A stretch of 64,000 nucleotides of DNA from a virus. Position 1 is the stretch's first letter, and each line of letters starts with the position of its first letter. Below the pieces are notes generated by a model. That model saw only the letters and a program-made list of their open reading frames with translations. It ran no database searches and was not told the origin of the DNA. A program made the position numbers and the translations under genes. Location: positions 17,293 through 81,292 of IMG/VR virus record IMGVR_UViG_3300045918_000320, one strand, 5' to 3'. This document shows, piece after piece, positions 58,964 through 64,000 of this stretch.

Positions 58964-59235
58964 ATTTAGAATCGATTCTAAACAAAGTTAAAGATTTCTC
59001 AGGTATTGACTTTATTTTACCAAAAGATCCAGTAACTGGTAAAAGATCTGTTACTCTTTTATTTACTTTAGTTAGCTTTTTATTCTGTATCCTCGCCTCT
59101 AGTCTATTCGCTTACGGAAAGATTAAAAATACAGGTGATTTTAAAGAAATATTTTACGCTTCACTTGCTACTTATTTAGGTAGAAGAATTACTGGCAGTA
59201 AAGGTGAGGTAATAGAAAATGAAAATGCTAAGTAG
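58960..59235 (+). CDS. small membrane protein (holin-like)
   Basis: DPVTGKRSVT then TM helix, YLGRR. Confidence 0.45.
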   Translation: MNLESILNKVKDFSGIDFILPKDPVTGKRSVTLLFTLVSFLFCILASSLFAYGKIKNTGDFKEIFYASLATYLGRRITGSKGEVIENENAK

Positions 59236-59725
59236 AGTATTATTTCTATTTATTTTAGCTTCTGTAATTCAGTGTAGCAGTATTGTTAGATATAGATTTG
59301 GCGAAAAGCCTAGTCCTAAATTAGACGAGTATTTAGCTATGTTTCACGAAGAAATGGATAAACGAGATGTACATTTAGATTACAGAAATATTAGCCTTAG
59401 ATTTACTAATAAATTATCTCATGATAACTATGTTGCCGTATCTTATCCTTTTGTTAAATATCGTTTTGTAGACGTTCTGAGGGGTTATTTTGACCATGCT
59501 CCAGCCGAGGAGAGGGAAGCTATAGTAGTACACGAATTAGGGCATACATTTGGTTTAAAGCATTTAGACGATATGCAATTTTTGTATCCTTTTGCTAAGT
59601 TTTGCCCAATTTCTGTAATGCATTCCTATAGTAATTTGCAAGGATGTTATTTTTCTCAAAGAGAGCAATATTTTAACGAATTAGCTTTTAGAATAAAAAA
59701 ACTTGACGGATCTATAGAAATTTGA
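59219..59725 (+). CDS. exported matrixin-like Zn metalloprotease
   Basis: signal peptide; HELGHTFGLKH; SVM Met-turn. Confidence 0.75.
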   Translation: MKMLSRVLFLFILASVIQCSSIVRYRFGEKPSPKLDEYLAMFHEEMDKRDVHLDYRNISLRFTNKLSHDNYVAVSYPFVKYRFVDVLRGYFDHAPAEEREAIVVHELGHTFGLKHLDDMQFLYPFAKFCPISVMHSYSNLQGCYFSQREQYFNELAFRIKKLDGSIEI

Positions 59726-59768
59726 TATACTATTGTTTTAGGCGGATAAACCGCTAATAGGAGATTTA

Positions 59769-60542
59769 ATGAAACGCATTTTATTATTAACATTAGCTTT
59801 TTTAGCATTAAATATAGGTGCTAAAACTATTACATTAACTAGTCAGAATACTATGTCATTATCAGGGCCAGTGGACGGTCAGTCTATGACAGGTTTAATG
59901 ACAAAATTACAAGAACTAAATAAAATAGAAACTACAGAGCCTATTTATTTAGTAATTAATTCTCCGGGCGGAAGTATTTATGATGGATTTGACTTTATCA
60001 GATTTGCTCAAACTTCGAAAAGAAAAATTAATACAGTGACAGTATTTGCTGCTAGTATGGCTTTTCAAATTGTAGAATCTTTAGGTGATAGATACGTTAC
60101 TAGCTATTCATCTTTAATGTCACATAAAGCTAAAGGTGGATTTGATGGTGAATTTCCGGGACAAGTAGATTCTCGTTATGCTCACATTTTATCTCATATT
60201 ATTGAACAGGATACTGAAGTAATAAAAAGAACTAATGGTAAACAAACTTTGGAATCTTATGCTAAATTAATTCAAAATGAATATTGGGCAAATGCTAATA
60301 AAGCAATTAAGGATGGATTTGCAGATGAGCAAGTTGCAGTATCTTGCGATAAATCTTTAGAAGGTACAAATTCAATACTAGTTAATTTAGGATTTGCTTC
60401 AGCTAATGTTGAATTCTCAAATTGTCCTTTGGTAATTTACCCTATCTCAATTAGAGGTGCTAACGGAAATAGAATTGTAGACGATGCAGATTTACTAAAA
60501 GCTTATAATAAACTTTTTGAACTAAAAAACTTTAAATTTTAG
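59769..60542 (+). CDS. ClpP/S14-like serine protease with signal peptide
   Basis: IYLVINSPGGS, AASMA, LMSH, AIKDGFAD. Confidence 0.8.
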   Translation: MKRILLLTLAFLALNIGAKTITLTSQNTMSLSGPVDGQSMTGLMTKLQELNKIETTEPIYLVINSPGGSIYDGFDFIRFAQTSKRKINTVTVFAASMAFQIVESLGDRYVTSYSSLMSHKAKGGFDGEFPGQVDSRYAHILSHIIEQDTEVIKRTNGKQTLESYAKLIQNEYWANANKAIKDGFADEQVAVSCDKSLEGTNSILVNLGFASANVEFSNCPLVIYPISIRGANGNRIVDDADLLKAYNKLFELKNFKF

Positions 60543-60545
60543 GAG

Positions 60546-60569
60546 AAGGAGCTTCGGCTCCTTTTTTTT
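60546..60569 (+). terminator. intrinsic terminator
   Basis: AAGGAGC-TTCG-GCTCCTT plus T-run. Confidence 0.85.
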
Positions 60570-60779
60570 ATGTATAAACATTACAAATTAATAGAAGGTG
60601 ATTATATAAACTGGATTATGCCAGATGAATATCAGTATTCTTTAAGAGCGGATGTATTAAGTGAAGCTTGGGATACTAGATACGAAATATATTATAATGA
60701 TTCGGATGGAGATCCTCTAATTAAAAATAATATGATGAAAGGTAAACTTTTAAGGATAATTTATGGAAACGAAAACTAA
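60570..60779 (+). CDS. mini-gene family member (GKLLRIIYG)
   Basis: motif; alignable over full length with 62030..62230. Confidence 0.65.
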   Translation: MYKHYKLIEGDYINWIMPDEYQYSLRADVLSEAWDTRYEIYYNDSDGDPLIKNNMMKGKLLRIIYGNEN

Positions 60780-61209
60780 AATAATTATAGTAATTGTAGC
60801 AATAGCTTTAGGATTTGGAGCTGGATATTTTGCTAAACCCTCGTCCGTTAGGACGATCACCGTGGAAAAAATAATAAAAGAACAGTCTAAAGCTGAAGTA
60901 CAAACAAGAATTATTTATAAAGAAAAAACTGTAAAGCCTGATGGAACAGTTACAGAAATTGAAAAAACAGATAATAGTAATTCTAGTACAGATATTACAA
61001 AAATTAATAATGAAAAAAGTACTAGCCAAACTATAAAAAATGATATAGGATTAAATATATCAGCTTTAGCAATAGCTAATAGCAGTAATATTACAGGAAC
61101 TAGGGAGTATGGAATACATATTTCTAAAAGAGTGATTAGTAATATTACAGTAGGTGCTTTTGCTGATACAGAAAAGAAAATAGGAGTTAGCATTGGAATC
61201 AATTTCTGA
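60763..61209 (+). CDS. membrane-anchored protein (possibly spanin-like)
   Basis: N-terminal TM, C-terminal beta strands ending in Phe. Confidence 0.45.
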   Translation: METKTKIIIVIVAIALGFGAGYFAKPSSVRTITVEKIIKEQSKAEVQTRIIYKEKTVKPDGTVTEIEKTDNSNSSTDITKINNEKSTSQTIKNDIGLNISALAIANSSNITGTREYGIHISKRVISNITVGAFADTEKKIGVSIGINF

Positions 61210-61861
61210 GTTATTTAAACATAAATATAGAATATTGCTTTATTTAGATCATAATCCAGAACCTATTCTCGGAGTTAAGTATTTATGTATTAGGGGAATA
61301 GACGGAGATTTAGTTTTTGAAAAACGTAAATTTTACTTATTAAAAATGCCATTATTAAATTTAGTGTTTGGAGTTTAAATGTCTCACGTATACACTGTAC
61401 CTGCTGCATTTAATTGGAGTACATATTCTACTGCTTTAATGTTTGTTAGACATACAAATCCTTGTGCTGCACAGAATTTATCCTTTCTATTTACAAGAAA
61501 ATCAGAACTAAAGAGTAAACTTAAGTTAACTTCTCATAGAATAATTTATACTCAATTGGGAGAAGAATTTACTTTAGATTTGTGTTTATTAAATTACAAA
61601 TTACTAGATATTATTTTTGAAGGTTAAATGTTTATACATTATTATAAATCTATAAATTTACCTACTAGAAGATTTTTTGGAATAGAAACTTCAGAAGATA
61701 TTAAAAATTTAATATTATGGAGTACTAAGGAAGAGTACATTAAATCTGCCGGATTTAAAGTTGATGTAAGTAATAAATTTGATAGTGATTTTAGAAATCG
61801 AATAAAAGTTCAAGTTATATTTGGAGAACTTCTACACTTAATATATTTGGGGGAAAAATGA
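61193..61861 (+). CDS. three tandem mini-gene family members (61193..61378, 61379..61627, 61628..61861)
   Basis: end in MPLLNLVFG, YKLLDIIFEG and GELLHLIYLG. Confidence 0.6.
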
Positions 61862-62029
61862 AAATTGGAGATATTTTTTTAGATAAAAAATCTAATGATT
61901 TATTAATATTTTCTGGTGCTATGTGCGTAAATGAATTTAGAAAAGCTGCCTACTATTTAAAATTTGAAACTAAATATGGAGCTTTTCTTTACCTATCTTT
62001 AGATTCCGCAAAAGAAACTTTAGAGGTAA

Positions 62030-63147
62030 TTGGTGCATTATAAATTAGAAAATGCTGAAGGTATTTTTGTATATATGCCTAGTGAATTTTCTCAATTAAA
62101 AAGTGATGTTTTAGATGAGCGTTATGATAGAGATGTTACGTATTATCACAACAAAATATATGGCTCTACTTATATAATAAAATCAGAAGCTATACAATCT
62201 ACCCTTTTAAGGATAATTTATGAATTTTAAAACTAAGAATAAAATGGCATTTTTTTCTATTAGAGATTTAAAAAGATATATTATTGCTCCATACGGTAGA
62301 TTATTTACTATACGTCCCTATACTGGTTATGCCATAACTTCTGAAATACTTCAAGGACAATTACTAAAAATAATTTATGCCTAAATATCATTATAAAATT
62401 AACATGGGAAATCTTGAAGAAATAATGTACAAAATTGTATCTATAAATTCCTCTCCAAATTGTATTAAAAAAGCTATAGGATTGTCAGCAGAAAATATTG
62501 GAGTAATTTCAGACTTTAATGCTAGTTTAATTTTAAAAGCTGTATTCCGTAGTAAATTAATTAAGGCTATATATGGCTAAATTAAAATATGGAGATAAAG
62601 TGTGGGTATTTAGATACAATATGACTATTAGGTATGCCTTATTGTATCCTTATAACTACAGTATCTACGGAAAATATATGTTAGTTTCACCTTGGAATAT
62701 GGTTAAGTTTGAAGCTATTTGTTCACCTCTAATGAAGGCTATTTATGACTAGACCTAAAATAAATTACAATACTATATGTAGAGTGCTACTTTATAGTAT
62801 GCCTCTTAGAAATGGTTTTCACTATTCTCCAAGACCTTATTCTGAAAAATGGAGTCCTACTTTAATGGGAAAAAGAGTTAGAGTACTTAAAAATAAAATA
62901 TTTGCTTCTCCTTTAATTATGGAAATTTATGACTAGATACAAATTAAAATTAGGGGATAAAGTGCATAGATTATTTTGCATAGAAAATTTTAAATATGTA
63001 GATGATAATTTTTTATCTGATACTGAATTTAAAGGAGAGGATGCAGAACCAGATAGCCTTTTAATTTTTAAACATGAATTTTATAGAGCATCTTTACTGA
63101 GAGAAATATTTGGATATAAAGAAATTATACGAATTGGCAAGATCTGA
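62030..63147 (+). CDS. six tandem mini-gene family members (62030..62230, 62220..62384, 62377..62580, 62573..62752, 62745..62936, 62929..63147)
   Basis: STLLRIIY, GQLLKIIY, SKLIKAIY, SPLMKAIY, SPLIMEIY, ASLLREIF; each start after the first lies inside the previous motif. Confidence 0.7.
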
Positions 63148-63377
63148 GGATACTGAAGAAGACAGATTACAGTCAGTTTACGAATTTATTAAAAAAAATG
63201 AATTAAATAAAGGTTTTTCCCGAAAACCTATTGACTTTTTTTATTTTTGGTATACAATAGGCCATACAAATGACATTACGTTACAAGAGTTTCGTAAAGC
63301 ATTTCCACAAGGCCCTTTTGTTTATTTCAGCATGGATAAGCTGAATATTCCCAAGGAAGAATTCGGGAGAATAAATT

Positions 63378-63830
63378 TTGAATACGAGCGTCAAAAAGCA
63401 GAAAAGAAACGGAAAAAACTCCGTAACAAAAAGAAGTCTATCAAAGTATCCCTATCTAAACCCAAAAATGAATACACGGATTAGGCAAGAGTATTTAGAT
63501 GCGGATTATTTAAATAAGCTATCAGATACAGAATTAGAATTCCTAAATCAATTTTATAAAGAACATTATAATGCTAGTATAGGTAAAGCTGAAGGTGACT
63601 TGGATGGATACCTTTTAGATGTATCAAATCCTAAAGTTCGTAAAGAATTATACCGAGAAAATAATGCTAGAAATAGAGATGTATTTTCTTCTGGAAAAGC
63701 TACGGGTACTTTAATTTATTTAGATAATGTAACTTTGGAAGAAGTTATTGAGGCTAAACAGTATACTGAAGTAGATCATTTTGAAACTGCTATGTCTGAA
63801 TTAATTAAAGGCGAAGATGAAGAGGATTAA
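63378..63830 (+). CDS. hypothetical protein
   Basis: 150-aa ORF; start uncertain. Confidence 0.55.
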   Translation: MNTSVKKQKRNGKNSVTKRSLSKYPYLNPKMNTRIRQEYLDADYLNKLSDTELEFLNQFYKEHYNASIGKAEGDLDGYLLDVSNPKVRKELYRENNARNRDVFSSGKATGTLIYLDNVTLEEVIEAKQYTEVDHFETAMSELIKGEDEED

Positions 63831-64000
63831 GTTAAAAAAAGTAATATTTTGTAACTTAGATGAAGACTCTTTATTTATTATAAAATTTTACACTAGAAAT
63901 GTATATTTAGCTTTTGATATAGATGAATTAAATTTAGATATAGATAGAAAATATATTCTAGATATTAAAGTTTCAGAAGCACCATTATTACGAATATTAT
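63817..64000 (+). CDS. mini-gene family member truncated by window end (APLLRIL)
   Basis: MKRIKLKK..DIKVSEAPLLRIL open to the window edge. Confidence 0.55.
   Translation, partial: MKRIKLKKVIFCNLDEDSLFIIKFYTRNVYLAFDIDELNLDIDRKYILDIKVSEAPLLRIL

Noticed and set aside
35316-61202. Minus-strand shadow ORFs in the early/replication arm
   Set aside because: They overlap plus-strand genes and have no late motif or convincing SD upstream.
38040-64000. Mini-genes as integron cassettes or MITEs
   Set aside because: No attC-like or terminal inverted repeats seen, units overlap with no spacers, and no integrase or transposase is present in the window.
1-64000. Stop-codon reassignment explaining the many short ORFs
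   Set aside because: Core genes are full length under the standard code, all three stops are used, and adjacent mini-genes mostly lie in different frames.

Overview
AT-rich segment of a tailed dsDNA phage genome; no host genes, integrase, tRNA or CRISPR array were seen. 1-22.1 kb (minus strand) is the virion module: terminase, portal, probable internal/ejected proteins, scaffold, major capsid, head-cement and fibre proteins. It is marked by a repeated intergenic motif TTAACAACTA, a probable late promoter. 22.4-29.8 kb (+) carries an M15 endolysin, an HU-like protein, class II RNR and dUTPase. 30.1-31.2 kb is non-coding and holds a divergent late-motif pair, a structured candidate RNA and four sigma54-like boxes in two face-to-face pairs; it may be the genome end. 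31.2-64 kb (+) holds early and replication genes: PD-(D/E)xK nuclease, ERF, MoxR/vWA, primase-helicase, ThyX, PolA, exonuclease and dNMP kinase. The standout is a dispersed family of about 29 mini-genes between 38 and 64 kb. Their bodies are highly divergent, but all end in [SAG]-[PK]-L-[LIM]-x-x-I-[YF]. The codons of that motif often supply the Shine-Dalgarno and start codon of the next gene, and two members are flanked by direct repeats that look like target-site duplications. A Bdellovibrionota/delta-proteobacterial host is suggested only by inference. All protein calls come from motifs read by eye, not database searches.
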